DNA of 64,000 bases from Acidimicrobiia bacterium (lineage in GTDB: Bacteria; Actinomycetota; Acidimicrobiia; Spongiisociales; ZC4RG35). Positions 11,174-20,331 of the stretch are shown piece by piece. The DNA lies in assembly GCA_046484325.1 (NCBI GenBank), contig JAWOJB010000039.1, positions 12,686 to 76,685 of the forward strand. The letters are read 5' to 3'. The notes beneath the pieces are model-generated. The model worked only from the letters and a program-made list of their open reading frames with translations, was not told the DNA's origin and ran no database searches. How positions within the stretch are numbered: the first letter of the stretch is position 1; every line of letters begins with the position of its first letter. The translations under genes were made by a program, and so were the position numbers.

Positions 11174-12225
11174 GGCAGCCAACCCGACAGGGGAAGCCCG
11201 GTCTCCTCGGCGAGCCCGAACACGAGGTTGGCCGCCTGGATCGCCTGACCTGCCGCCCCCTTGACGAGGTTGTCGATGGCGGCCTGGGCGATCACGGATC
11301 CGGTGGGCTCGTCGAAGAAGGCAGTCACGAATGCCCGGTTCGAGCCCGAGGCCCACCTGGTCTGGGGCGGCTCCTCGACGACGGTGACGAACGGCCGTCC
11401 TGCGTAGGCGGACCGAAGGGCGTCCCGCAGGTCCTGCTCGCCCACTCCCGGCCGCGCCGGAGCCGTCACCGTCGCCAGCTCGCCGCGCTGCATCGGCACG
11501 AGGTGGGGGGTGAACACGACCGCGTGGTGGGTGCCGGTCGCCTGTTCGATCCCCATCTCGATCTCGGGTCGATGTCGGTGCCGGGTCACGTTGTAGGCCC
11601 GAACCCCTTCGGCCACGCTGCCGAAGAGCAGATCCTCACGAAGCGACCGGCCCGCCCCGGACACCCCGGAGAGACAGTCGGCGACGATGGTGCCCACCTC
11701 GACCAGGCCCGCCCGGAGGAGGGGCACGATGGCCAGCAGCACGGCGGTCGGGTAGCAGCCCGGCGCGGCCACCCGGCGGGCGCCGGCGAGATCGAACAAC
11801 TCGGGCAGCCCGTAGCGCCAGCGCGGGAGCTCGCCGACGAGCGAGTGCTCGGACCCGTAGGCCTGCCGGTACCGATCGGCGGTGTCGAGCCGGAAATCCG
11901 ATCCCAGATCGACGACGGCCGCTCCCCGTTCGGCCAGCTCGTGGGCGAGCTCGGCGGACGCACCGTGCGGGAGGGCGAGGAACACGACGTCGACGGCCGG
12001 CAGGGACCCGAGGTCGAGCCCGCCGAGCGGGCGCTCTCCCCCGCTCAGCTGGGGATGGACGGCGCCCAGCGTCGAGCCCGCCCTGGAGTGGGCGCCCAGA
12101 TGGACGAGCTCGAGCACCGGGTGGGCGTCGAGCAGCCGGACGAGCTCGCCCCCGGCATATCCGGAGGCGCCGAAGACGGCGGTGCGGAGGTGGGTCAGGC
12201 GGATCCCTGCATGTGGGAGGCGCAC
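11170..12225 (-). CDS. argC: N-acetyl-gamma-glutamyl-phosphate reductase
   Basis: ORF 351 aa with FGASGYAGGELVRLL (NAD fold) and catalytic Cys motif APGCYPTA. GTG start; the exact start is uncertain. Confidence 0.9.
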   Translation of the reverse strand: MRLPHAGIRLTHLRTAVFGASGYAGGELVRLLDAHPVLELVHLGAHSRAGSTLGAVHPQLSGGERPLGGLDLGSLPAVDVVFLALPHGASAELAHELAERGAAVVDLGSDFRLDTADRYRQAYGSEHSLVGELPRWRYGLPELFDLAGARRVAAPGCYPTAVLLAIVPLLRAGLVEVGTIVADCLSGVSGAGRSLREDLLFGSVAEGVRAYNVTRHRHRPEIEMGIEQATGTHHAVVFTPHLVPMQRGELATVTAPARPGVGEQDLRDALRSAYAGRPFVTVVEEPPQTRWASGSNRAFVTAFFDEPTGSVIAQAAIDNLVKGAAGQAIQAANLVFGLAEETGLPLSGWLP

Positions 12226-12243
12226 TCTACATCTTCACCCGCA

Positions 12244-12253
12244 TATGCGCATA
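12244..12253. promoter_or_regulatory. perfect 10-bp palindrome TATGCGCATA upstream of argC; candidate ArgR operator half
   Basis: Read directly at 12244-12253, 19-28 nt upstream of the argC start, within gcATATGCGCATAgg. It resembles the TGCAT-rich actinobacterial ARG boxes only loosely. Confidence 0.25.
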
Positions 12254-12259
12254 GGCGTG

Positions 12260-13792
12260 TCAGCCAGGTGGTTCGAGATTGCGGCCGGGCATCGAAGGCA
12301 CCTCGGCGTCGCGGATCCACGCCTCGACCACCGCAGCCACCTCGGGGCCGGCCACCTCGGCCACCAGGCCCAGGAAGTCCTCGGTGGTGGCATTGCCGTA
12401 GGCGAAGCGGGCGGTCCAGGTCCGCAGAACCTGGAACGTCACCTCGTCGCCGGTGAGGTCGCGAAGGGCCACGAGCGCCAGGGCCCCCCGTTCGTACACC
12501 GAGACGGTGAAGAGGTCGTCGGGCCGGGGGAAGTCGGGGGGCGGATAGGCCTCGGCCGCCCGTCGCCGGGCCTCCGCGGCCGGCACCCCCTGATCGGCCA
12601 GTTCGGCACCGCTGAACCGCCGGTGGGCCGCCTCGACCTGGCCGTCGTAGACGGAGGTGCCGTGGCGGTGCTCGATCCACAGCCAGTGGGCGAACGTGGC
12701 CAGCCCCTCGTTCAGCCAGATGTCGTCCCACTGCGCCACCGAGACCGAGTTGCCGAACCACTGATGGGCGAGCTCGTGGGCGATCACGACGTCGCCCCAG
12801 GCCATGGAGGCGACCGTGTAGGTCGGGACCATCTGGGTCTCGAGGGCCGCGGCCAGGTCGTCGTTGACGACCACCGCCCCGACGGCGTCGAACGGGTAGG
12901 GGCCGAATCGTTCCTCGAAGAACTCGATGATCTCCGGCTGGAGCCCGAAGGCATCGAGCAGGCCCCCCTCGACGGCAGGGTCGAACCACGTCGTGAACGT
13001 CATCCCACCCACCTCCTCCGTTCGCTCGACGAAGGTCCCGATCGCCAGACCCACGAGGTAGGGAGCGACCGGCTGCTCGTATCGCCAGCGGAACACCCCC
13101 GGGGAAGGATGGTCGGCTCGCCCTCCCGACACCGCCTGCCACCCCTCCGGGAGGCGCACGACCAGTTCGACGGTCGCCTTGTCGGCCGGGTGGTCGTTGG
13201 TGGGGAACCAGCTCTGGGCCCCGTCGGGCTGGGAGAAGACGTAGAAGGAGTCTTTGGCCCTCCTCCATCCGGGAGCGAACGGCACCGCACCGGCCGGGAC
13301 CGGCTCGGGCACCCCGGCGTACTCGACGACGACCTGGAACTCGACGCCTGCGACGATGGGCGCGCCAGGAACGATCACGAGCTCCCTCCCCCGCCGCTCG
13401 TGACGGGCCGGGACCGGATCCTCCCCGGCGGTACCCAGTGCCACCGACCCGACCTCGAGTCCGGCGAGATCGAGGTGGAGACCACCCAGGTCCTGGAGGG
13501 CGACGGCCGTGATCGTCGTGGCTCCGTCCACTGATCCGGCCTCGGGGTCGACGCCGAGATCGATGGTGTAGTGGAGCACGTCGTACCCTCCGTTCCCGAG
13601 CGCCGGGTAGAGCCGATCGCCGATCCCCGGGGCGCCGATCGGGGCGGGGGCGGTGCTCGTGGTCGTCGTCGTCGGGATCGTCGTCGTCGGGTTCGTCGTC
13701 TCGGCGATCGGTGCCGACGACGGCTCGCCCGGGGCGGCGCTGCAGGCCGCCAGCACCGACAGGACGGCGACGGCCCTACTCGGCTTCCACAT
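12260..13792 (-). CDS. M1-family zinc aminopeptidase, predicted lipoprotein
   Basis: ORF 12260..14029. Start taken at MWKPSRAVAVLSVLAACS (lipobox LAAC). HEXXH-X18-E motif HELAHQWFGNSVSVAQWDDIWLNEG. Thr/Pro-rich linker after the signal peptide. Confidence 0.8.
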   Translation of the reverse strand: MWKPSRAVAVLSVLAACSAAPGEPSSAPIAETTNPTTTIPTTTTTSTAPAPIGAPGIGDRLYPALGNGGYDVLHYTIDLGVDPEAGSVDGATTITAVALQDLGGLHLDLAGLEVGSVALGTAGEDPVPARHERRGRELVIVPGAPIVAGVEFQVVVEYAGVPEPVPAGAVPFAPGWRRAKDSFYVFSQPDGAQSWFPTNDHPADKATVELVVRLPEGWQAVSGGRADHPSPGVFRWRYEQPVAPYLVGLAIGTFVERTEEVGGMTFTTWFDPAVEGGLLDAFGLQPEIIEFFEERFGPYPFDAVGAVVVNDDLAAALETQMVPTYTVASMAWGDVVIAHELAHQWFGNSVSVAQWDDIWLNEGLATFAHWLWIEHRHGTSVYDGQVEAAHRRFSGAELADQGVPAAEARRRAAEAYPPPDFPRPDDLFTVSVYERGALALVALRDLTGDEVTFQVLRTWTARFAYGNATTEDFLGLVAEVAGPEVAAVVEAWIRDAEVPSMPGRNLEPPG

Positions 13793-15200
13793 CGTCGCTC
13801 TCCGGTGGTGGCCCGGGGTCGGCGAGGCCCCGGTCGAGTGCCCATGCCCGCACCGCTTCGTATGCCTGTGCCGGGGAGTAGGGGCCTTCCTCGATGCGCC
13901 GCTCGAGGAGCACGGCGATGACCTCGCCCACGAGCGGGCCTGGGGCAATGCCCAGGTAGGACATGACCTGGTTGCCGTCGATCGGCGGGCGCAGGCTCGC
14001 CAGTTCCTCCTGGGTGGCCAGGTGCGCAATCCGCTCCTCGAGCTCGTCGATGCGTCGCTGGATCGTGCGAGCCCGAACCGGATTGGCGGTGGTCACATCG
14101 CACCGCACGAGCACATTGAGGTCGTCGAGCAGGTGCCCGGCATCCCGGACGTAGCGACGGACGGCGGCATCGGTCCAACCCATCTTGAGGGTGTGCGGGC
14201 GGAGATGGAGGAAGACGAGCCTGGCGACGTCCTCGACCACCTCTCTCGGGTACCGGAGGGCCTTGAGCCTCTCGCTGGCCATGCGGGCACCCACCACCTC
14301 GTGGTGATGGAAGGTGACACCACGGGGGCCATACGCCCGGGTGGCCGGCTTGGCGATGTCGTGGAGCAGGGCGGCCAGACGGATCACCAGCCGGGGCGGG
14401 GTCTTCTCGGTGACCGCCACGGTGTGGGCGAGGACGTCCTTGTGCCGGTGGACCGGGTCCTGCTCAATCGCCAGGCCCGGCAGTTCGGGGAGGAACAGGT
14501 CGGCGAGGCCCGACCTGAGCACCCCCCACAGGGCCTCACCGGGCTGGTCGGTGGTGATCAGCTTGCTGAACTCGTCGCGGATGCGCTCCGCCGACACGAT
14601 GGCGAGACGGTCGGCCATCTCTCGGACCGCGGCCTCGGCGGCGTCGTCCGGCTCGAACCCGAGCACGGCCTGGAACCGGTAGAGCCGGAGCATCCGCAGC
14701 GGGTCGTCCGAGAACGAGACGTGCGGGTCGAGGGGCGTCCGCAGGACCCCGGCGGCGAGATCGGCCAGCCCCCCGTGAGGGTCGACGATCTCGGCGTCGG
14801 GGAGGGTGATCGCCATGGCGTTGACCGTGAAGTCCCTCCGGGACAGATCCTCGTCGATCGAATCCGAGAACATGACGACGGGCTTGCGCGACTGTTCCCG
14901 GTAGACCTCACTCCGGAACGTGGTGATCTCGTACGTCTGCCCACGCCGGACCACCCCGATGGTGCCGAACGCCTCGCCCACCGTGAACACGCTGTCGGCC
15001 CATCCGCCGACGATCCCCTTGATGAGCTCGGGGTGGGCGTCGGTGGTGAGATCCAGGTCGTCGTGAGGCCTGCCGAGGAAGGCGTCGCGCACCGATCCGC
15101 CCACCACGTAGAGCCGGTGGCCGGAGGCGGCGAACCGCTCACCCAGCTCGACGGTGGGGGATCCGGCCTCGACGAGGGGGCGCAGCCGATCGGGGATCAC
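13776..15200 (-). CDS. cca: CCA tRNA nucleotidyltransferase with HD domain
   Basis: ORF 474 aa with YVVGGSVRD, DLDLTT, RDFTVNA and HD-domain HDIAKP. Same position as pcnA in the mycobacterial ori region. Confidence 0.85.
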   Translation of the reverse strand: MIPDRLRPLVEAGSPTVELGERFAASGHRLYVVGGSVRDAFLGRPHDDLDLTTDAHPELIKGIVGGWADSVFTVGEAFGTIGVVRRGQTYEITTFRSEVYREQSRKPVVMFSDSIDEDLSRRDFTVNAMAITLPDAEIVDPHGGLADLAAGVLRTPLDPHVSFSDDPLRMLRLYRFQAVLGFEPDDAAEAAVREMADRLAIVSAERIRDEFSKLITTDQPGEALWGVLRSGLADLFLPELPGLAIEQDPVHRHKDVLAHTVAVTEKTPPRLVIRLAALLHDIAKPATRAYGPRGVTFHHHEVVGARMASERLKALRYPREVVEDVARLVFLHLRPHTLKMGWTDAAVRRYVRDAGHLLDDLNVLVRCDVTTANPVRARTIQRRIDELEERIAHLATQEELASLRPPIDGNQVMSYLGIAPGPLVGEVIAVLLERRIEEGPYSPAQAYEAVRAWALDRGLADPGPPPESDDVEAE

Positions 15201-15248
15201 GATCGCGAGGGTATCGGCTGCCCGGCGGCGATCGGGGCAGGCCTGCGA

Positions 15249-16331
15249 TCAGACCTCGACGCCGGCCTCGAGTGCCTTCGCCCGGAACTCGTGGGGGTTG
15301 CGGACGTGCCCGAGCGCCGCTGCCACGGCCACCTTGCGGGCCTTGACCAGCTCGAGGAGCGACTGGTCGAAGGTGCGCATGCCGAAGAACTCGGCGTCCT
15401 TCATGACCTCGACGTAGTCCTCGACCGCCGCGTCGCCGAGGATCCGTTCGCGAACTCGCTCGTTCGAGGTGAGGATCTCGGTGGCGAGGACCAGGCCCGA
15501 GCCGTCGGTCGAGTCGATGAGGCGGTGCGAGACCACGCCCCGCAGCAAGCCGGCCAGCTGGGACCGGGCGGTCCGCTGCTGGGATGGGGGGAAGAGCTCG
15601 ACGAACCGGTTGATCGAGTCCATCGGGTCGGCCGTGTGCATGACCCCGGCGACGAGGTGCCCGGTCTCGGCTGCGGCGATCGCCGCCGCCGCGGTCGGCC
15701 CGTCGGCGATCTCGCTGATCATGATCACGTCGGCGTCCTGCCGGATGGCCCGGCGCACGCCCTCGGCGTAGTCGGCGGTGTCGACGCCGACCTCGCGCTG
15801 GGAGATCACGGCCAGGCGATCGGGGAAGAGCACCTCGATCGGATCTTCGACCGTCACCACCGACACCGGGCGGGTGGCGTTGATGTGCTCGATGAAGGCC
15901 GCGATCGTGGTGGTCCGCCCCGAGCCGGCCGGGCCGGTGAAGAGCACGAGACCGCGGGGCTCGGCGGCGAGCCGCTTCACCACCGGCGGCACCCCCAACC
16001 GCTCCATCGAGGGCACGCCCGGCACGACGCGTCGCATGACGAGGCTCACCGAGCCTCGCTGGCGGAACACGCTGACCCGGAATCGCCCGAGATCCTGGCG
16101 GCCGTAGGCGAAGTCGGCCTCGTTGTTCTGGCGGAAGTCGGCCGAGGCCTTCTGGGTGAAGATCGCCTGGGCGTAGCCCTCGGTGTCGGCCGGCCGGAGG
16201 CCCGGCAGGTCGGCGAGCCGCATCAGCTCGCCGTCGATGCGGATGACCGGCGGCGACCCGACCTTGAGATGGAGATCCGAGGCGTTGGCCTCGACAGCGC
16301 GGCGGAGCAGGTCGTCGATCGGTGTTTGCAT
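15249..16331 (-). CDS. PilT-like type IV pilus retraction ATPase homologue (Walker A Lys replaced by Arg)
   Basis: C-terminal 360 aa of ORF 15249..16871 starting MQTPIDDLLRRAVEANASDLHL. Asp box TVEDPIE, His box ETGHLVAGVMHT. Walker A reads GPAGSGRTT instead of GPTGSGKST. Confidence 0.8.
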   Translation of the reverse strand: MQTPIDDLLRRAVEANASDLHLKVGSPPVIRIDGELMRLADLPGLRPADTEGYAQAIFTQKASADFRQNNEADFAYGRQDLGRFRVSVFRQRGSVSLVMRRVVPGVPSMERLGVPPVVKRLAAEPRGLVLFTGPAGSGRTTTIAAFIEHINATRPVSVVTVEDPIEVLFPDRLAVISQREVGVDTADYAEGVRRAIRQDADVIMISEIADGPTAAAAIAAAETGHLVAGVMHTADPMDSINRFVELFPPSQQRTARSQLAGLLRGVVSHRLIDSTDGSGLVLATEILTSNERVRERILGDAAVEDYVEVMKDAEFFGMRTFDQSLLELVKARKVAVAAALGHVRNPHEFRAKALEAGVEV

Positions 16332-16405
16332 CCTCGAGCCCTCTGTGTCGGACCAGGCTGGTATCGACTCCGCCGGCAGGCGTCTTGACGGGTTTCCCGC
16401 CCGGG

Positions 16406-17416
16406 TCAGAGGCGCCAGTGGCGCCCGGTCACGACGGCCGCCGCCTCGAACGCCTCCCACGACGCCGACGGGGAGACGAGCGGGGTGCCGTGGTCGACGT
16501 TGGTACCGGCCAGCCCCCGCAGCATCTCCGCCACCGAGGTGGTGATGGCCTGGAGGTGGTAGCCACCCTCGAGAAAGACCACGATCCGATTGGGCGGCAC
16601 GATCCGGCGGAGCTGGGCGGCCATCATCCCGTAGTCGTCGGACACGAGCCGGAGCTCGGCCAGCGGGTCGAGGTCGTGGGCGTCGAACCCGCCGCTCACG
16701 AGCACCCAGTCGGGCCCGAACTGCTCGAGCACCGGGACCACCAATTGCGGGAACAGCGCCCGGTAGACGTCCCCGGCCGTACCGGCGGGCACTGGGACGT
16801 TCACCACCGTACCGACCGCCTCCCCCCAGCCGGTCTCCTCCACGCCCCCTTCCCCGGGATAGAAGGGCCATTGGTGGACGCTGATGTAGAGCACCTCGGG
16901 GTCACGGTCGAAGGTCGCCTGGGTCCCGTTGCCATGGTGCACGTCCCAGTCGAGGATGGCCACACGCTCCCCGGCGCCCCGGAGCAGTTGAGCCGCCACC
17001 GCTACGTTGTTGAAGAGACAGAAGCCCATCGCCCGGCCCCGGAGGGCGTGGTGTCCGGGGGGGCGAATGGCGAGAAAGGCGGAAGCATCGGACCGGGCGC
17101 GCAGCCATTCGATGGCGACCGGACCCGAGCCCGCCGCCCGCAGGGCCGCCTCCCACGAGTGGGGTCCCGCGTAGGTGTCGGGATCGAGCGGCCCTCCCCC
17201 GGCCTCGACGAAGCGCGCGATGGCAGCGATGTACGACGGCTCGTGGGCCAGGCTCAGCACCTCCAGCGAGACCTCGGGGGAGCGGACCTCGGTGAGGGCC
17301 AAACCGCTCGCCCGCACCCCCCGGTCGGCGGCTTCCAGACGGGCGGGCCGCTCGGGGTGCCATCGCCCCGTCTCGTGGAGGGCGAAGACCGGATGGGTGA
17401 CGTACAGCAGCTCCAC
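16406..17416 (-). CDS. histone deacetylase-family (AcuC/APAH-like) zinc deacetylase
   Basis: ORF 336 aa with RPPGHHA, DWDVHHGNGTQ, GGFDAH, LEGGY. Confidence 0.8.
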   Translation of the reverse strand: MELLYVTHPVFALHETGRWHPERPARLEAADRGVRASGLALTEVRSPEVSLEVLSLAHEPSYIAAIARFVEAGGGPLDPDTYAGPHSWEAALRAAGSGPVAIEWLRARSDASAFLAIRPPGHHALRGRAMGFCLFNNVAVAAQLLRGAGERVAILDWDVHHGNGTQATFDRDPEVLYISVHQWPFYPGEGGVEETGWGEAVGTVVNVPVPAGTAGDVYRALFPQLVVPVLEQFGPDWVLVSGGFDAHDLDPLAELRLVSDDYGMMAAQLRRIVPPNRIVVFLEGGYHLQAITTSVAEMLRGLAGTNVDHGTPLVSPSASWEAFEAAAVVTGRHWRL

Positions 17417-17528
17417 GACCCGTACTCTGCCATCCGTGCAGGCGACAGGCGACGACAGGGTGCGGCCACCCTCGGTCCGCGGCTCGTGGCCCGGCCGGGT
17501 GACCCTTCGCAGCGGCTGGGCCAGGGCC

Positions 17529-18197
17529 GTGGCGCGTCCCTACAACGACGACCTGCCGGATGCCGGGCTCCGTCTTGACCGCGGTTCTGCCGCCTTTCTC
17601 GCCGCCTCCGCCGCCTGGCTCCTCGACCAGGGTTGCGCGACGGTGCACTCGCCGCCGCTCATGGAGGGCGGTGCCCGGGTGTGGAGACAGGCGGGATTCG
17701 TCGATGGCCGCATCCTGGCGATCATGGAGCGCGACCTCCGCCGGGCGGTCGGGGCACCCCTCCATGCAGTCAGGGCCGGCCGCCGCGACGAGTGGGGGGC
17801 CTGCGCGGCCATCGATCGGGCGGCATTCCCCGTCACCTGGCGGGTGGGTGTCCTCGGGCTCCGGGACGCCGCCGAGGCGACGGGGTCGTCCCGGCTGTTC
17901 CTGGTCGACTCCGGGGGCTCACCCGTGGGCTTCGCCATCGCCGGAACCTCCTTCCAGACCGCCTACCTCCAGCGGATCGCCGTCCATCCCGACCATCGGG
18001 GGGCCGGCATCGGCCGCTCACTGGTGCGGGCAGCGGTCTCGTGGGCGCGATGCAACCAGGCGCGTACCATCCTCCTCAACACCCAGATCGACAACCAGGT
18101 CGCCGCCACCCTCTACCGCTCCGAGGGGTTCGTCGAAGGGCGCGAAGCCCTTCACGTACTCCGCCATCCCGCCGACCAGAGCCGAGAGCCGACATGA
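17529..18197 (+). CDS. GNAT-family N-acetyltransferase
   Basis: 3' part of ORF 17175..18197. Acetyl-CoA motif QRIAVHPDHRGAGIGRSLV and YRSEGF. The upstream part of the ORF is antisense to the deacetylase gene. The GTG start at 17529 is a guess. Confidence 0.6.
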   Translation: MARPYNDDLPDAGLRLDRGSAAFLAASAAWLLDQGCATVHSPPLMEGGARVWRQAGFVDGRILAIMERDLRRAVGAPLHAVRAGRRDEWGACAAIDRAAFPVTWRVGVLGLRDAAEATGSSRLFLVDSGGSPVGFAIAGTSFQTAYLQRIAVHPDHRGAGIGRSLVRAAVSWARCNQARTILLNTQIDNQVAATLYRSEGFVEGREALHVLRHPADQSREPT

Positions 18198-19030
18198 TCC
18201 GCATCGTCACCGATTCCTCCGCCGACATCCCCGACGAGTTGCTCGACCGGCACCGGATCGAGGTGGTCCCGCTCACGATCCGGTTCGGCAGCGACGAGTT
18301 CGTGGATCGCCGCGACCTCGACTCCCACCGCTTCTGGGAGAAGCTCGTGGCCGGCCCGGCTCTGCCGGAGACGGCAGCCCCGTCGGCCGGAGCCTTCCTC
18401 GACACGTACCGGCGGATGGCCGCCGAAGGTGCCGAGGGAGTGGTAGCGGTGTGCATCTCGTCGGACATGAGCGCCACCTATCAGTCGGCGGTGATCGCCG
18501 CCGAGCAGGTTGCCGGGGACGTAGCGGTGCGGGTGGTCGATTCGAGGGCGGTCTCGATGATGCTGGGACTCCAGGTGCTGGCGGCGGCCGAGGGCGCCGA
18601 GACCGGGGCCACCCTCGACGAGGTGGCCTCGCGTGCGGTCACGGCGGGCTCGAACACGGGCCTCTTCGCCACGCTCGACACGCTCGAGTTCCTCCGGCGG
18701 GGAGGCCGGATCGGTGGGGCCCAGGCGCTCATCGGCGGTCTGCTCGACGTCAAACCGCTCATCACGATCGCCGACGGGGTGGTCCAGGCCGCCGGCCGGG
18801 TTCGCACCCGCTCCCGGGCGCTGGCGGCCCTCACCGCGGAGGTGGCCCGGCGGGCTCCGCGCATCCGGGCGCTGGCGGTGCTCCACGGGGCGACCACGGA
18901 TCTCGACCGCTTCGAGGCGCTCGTACGCGAGGCGGCGCCCGGGGTCGATCCCATCGTGGCCGAACTCGGTGCCGTCGTCGGCACCCACGCCGGACCGGGT
19001 GTGGCCGGCGTCGCCTACCGGCTGAGCTGA
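18194..19030 (+). CDS. DegV-family fatty-acid-binding protein
   Basis: 3' part of ORF 17633..19030 starting MIRIVTDSSADIPDELL. The ATG overlaps the GNAT stop (ATGA). Typical DegV length and motifs (TAAPSAGAF, SSDMSATYQSA). Confidence 0.85.
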   Translation: MIRIVTDSSADIPDELLDRHRIEVVPLTIRFGSDEFVDRRDLDSHRFWEKLVAGPALPETAAPSAGAFLDTYRRMAAEGAEGVVAVCISSDMSATYQSAVIAAEQVAGDVAVRVVDSRAVSMMLGLQVLAAAEGAETGATLDEVASRAVTAGSNTGLFATLDTLEFLRRGGRIGGAQALIGGLLDVKPLITIADGVVQAAGRVRTRSRALAALTAEVARRAPRIRALAVLHGATTDLDRFEALVREAAPGVDPIVAELGAVVGTHAGPGVAGVAYRLS

Positions 19031-20331
19031 TGCCGCCCGCCCTCCCCGATCGGTACCGCCTGGAGGTCCGGCTCGGGCGAGATCAGGACGTCGAGGAGTG
19101 GCTCGGCACCGACACATCGCTCGAGCGACCGGTGCTGGTGCGGATCATCGGACCGGACGCCCCGGCCGACCGTCGGGAGGCATTTCTGGCCGCGGTCCGG
19201 GCGGCGTCGGCGGCGGCCCATGTCCACCTGTCCTCGGTGTACGTGGCAGAGGAGGTACCCGACGGTGCCTTCTCGGTCTCGGAATGGACGGGCGGTGTCT
19301 CTCTGGGTGACCGGATCGAGGCCGGGGCGACACTGGGGCCGACCGAGTTCCTGGCCAATGCCGCCGGGCTGGCCGACGGCCTCGCCGTCCTGCACGCCGC
19401 GGGAGCCGTCCACGGGGCCATCGACCCGAGCGCCGTGTCGTACTCGGTGGCCCACGCCGCCAAGCTCGGGGCCTTTGGACGTCCGGCGCTGGCCCGGAGC
19501 GCCTCAGAGGACGTCCGGGACCTGGCGCGCACGCTGGAGACGGCCCTCACGGGCCGTCCTGCCGGTGGCCCGCCTCCCTCCGAGCTCGTCGACGGGCTCG
19601 GCTCTGCGGTGGACCGGATCCTCGCCGACGCCCAGGCCGGCTACCTCAGCGCCCGCACCCTCGCCGAGGAGCTCCGGGCCGTGCCGACCCCGGAGCGAGT
19701 GGAGCCCGAGAGCCCGGGGTTCTCGCGCCGGCTGCTGGTCGCCGCCGGGATCCTGGTGGTCGCCGCCCTGGGACTCGTCGCCCTGGCGCGGCTGTTCGCC
19801 GTCGGCGGCGGCGGGCCCATCCTCATCCCCGACGGGAACACGGGGAGTCAGCCCCTCCCCCCGATTACCTCGACCACCGTCATCGAGCCGCCGGGTGCCG
19901 CCACGGGCATCGAGATCCGGTCGTTGACGGTCCACGACCCGTTCGGTGAGGGTGGGGAAAACGATGCCCAGCTCCCGAACCTCGTCGACGGCGACCCGGC
20001 CACCACCTGGAGCACCGAGCGCTACCGGAGCCCCCTCCCTCGCATCAAGCCCGGGGTGGGGTTGATGATGGTTGCCGCCTCCTCCCCGATCGTCCTCGAC
20101 GTGATCCGGATCAGCGATGGGGTGGCCTACTCGCTGCGCTGGTCGGCGGCTTCACCCACCGACCCGGCCGACTGGGAGGAGATCGTGACGGGCCGGACCG
20201 TCGGCGGATCGCTCTCGCTCCGGCTGCCCCCTCGCCAGGCCGGCGCCTGGCTGCTGTGGCTCACCGATCTCCCCCAGCGCTCCCCGGGTGACTACTCGGC
20301 GGAGATCGGAGAAGTACGGTTCCGGGCGTGA
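19030..20331 (+). CDS. membrane-anchored pseudokinase with extracytoplasmic discoidin/CBM-like domain (MviN C-terminal-module type)
   Basis: 3' part of ORF 17560..20331 starting MPPALPDRYRLEV. Hanks-kinase fold with all catalytic residues replaced (VLVRII, VHGAIDPSA, LGAFG). One TM segment (LLVAAGILVVAALGLVALARLF). C-terminal NLVDGDPATTWSTERY domain. Confidence 0.7.
   Translation: MPPALPDRYRLEVRLGRDQDVEEWLGTDTSLERPVLVRIIGPDAPADRREAFLAAVRAASAAAHVHLSSVYVAEEVPDGAFSVSEWTGGVSLGDRIEAGATLGPTEFLANAAGLADGLAVLHAAGAVHGAIDPSAVSYSVAHAAKLGAFGRPALARSASEDVRDLARTLETALTGRPAGGPPPSELVDGLGSAVDRILADAQAGYLSARTLAEELRAVPTPERVEPESPGFSRRLLVAAGILVVAALGLVALARLFAVGGGGPILIPDGNTGSQPLPPITSTTVIEPPGAATGIEIRSLTVHDPFGEGGENDAQLPNLVDGDPATTWSTERYRSPLPRIKPGVGLMMVAASSPIVLDVIRISDGVAYSLRWSAASPTDPADWEEIVTGRTVGGSLSLRLPPRQAGAWLLWLTDLPQRSPGDYSAEIGEVRFRA

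Noticed and set aside
13653-16388. 911-aa plus-strand ORF
   Set aside because: It is antisense to the CCA-adding enzyme and PilT-like genes, which carry clear motifs. Its translation is Arg/Gly/Pro/Asp/His-rich with no motif. Long stop-free antisense frames are expected at this GC content.
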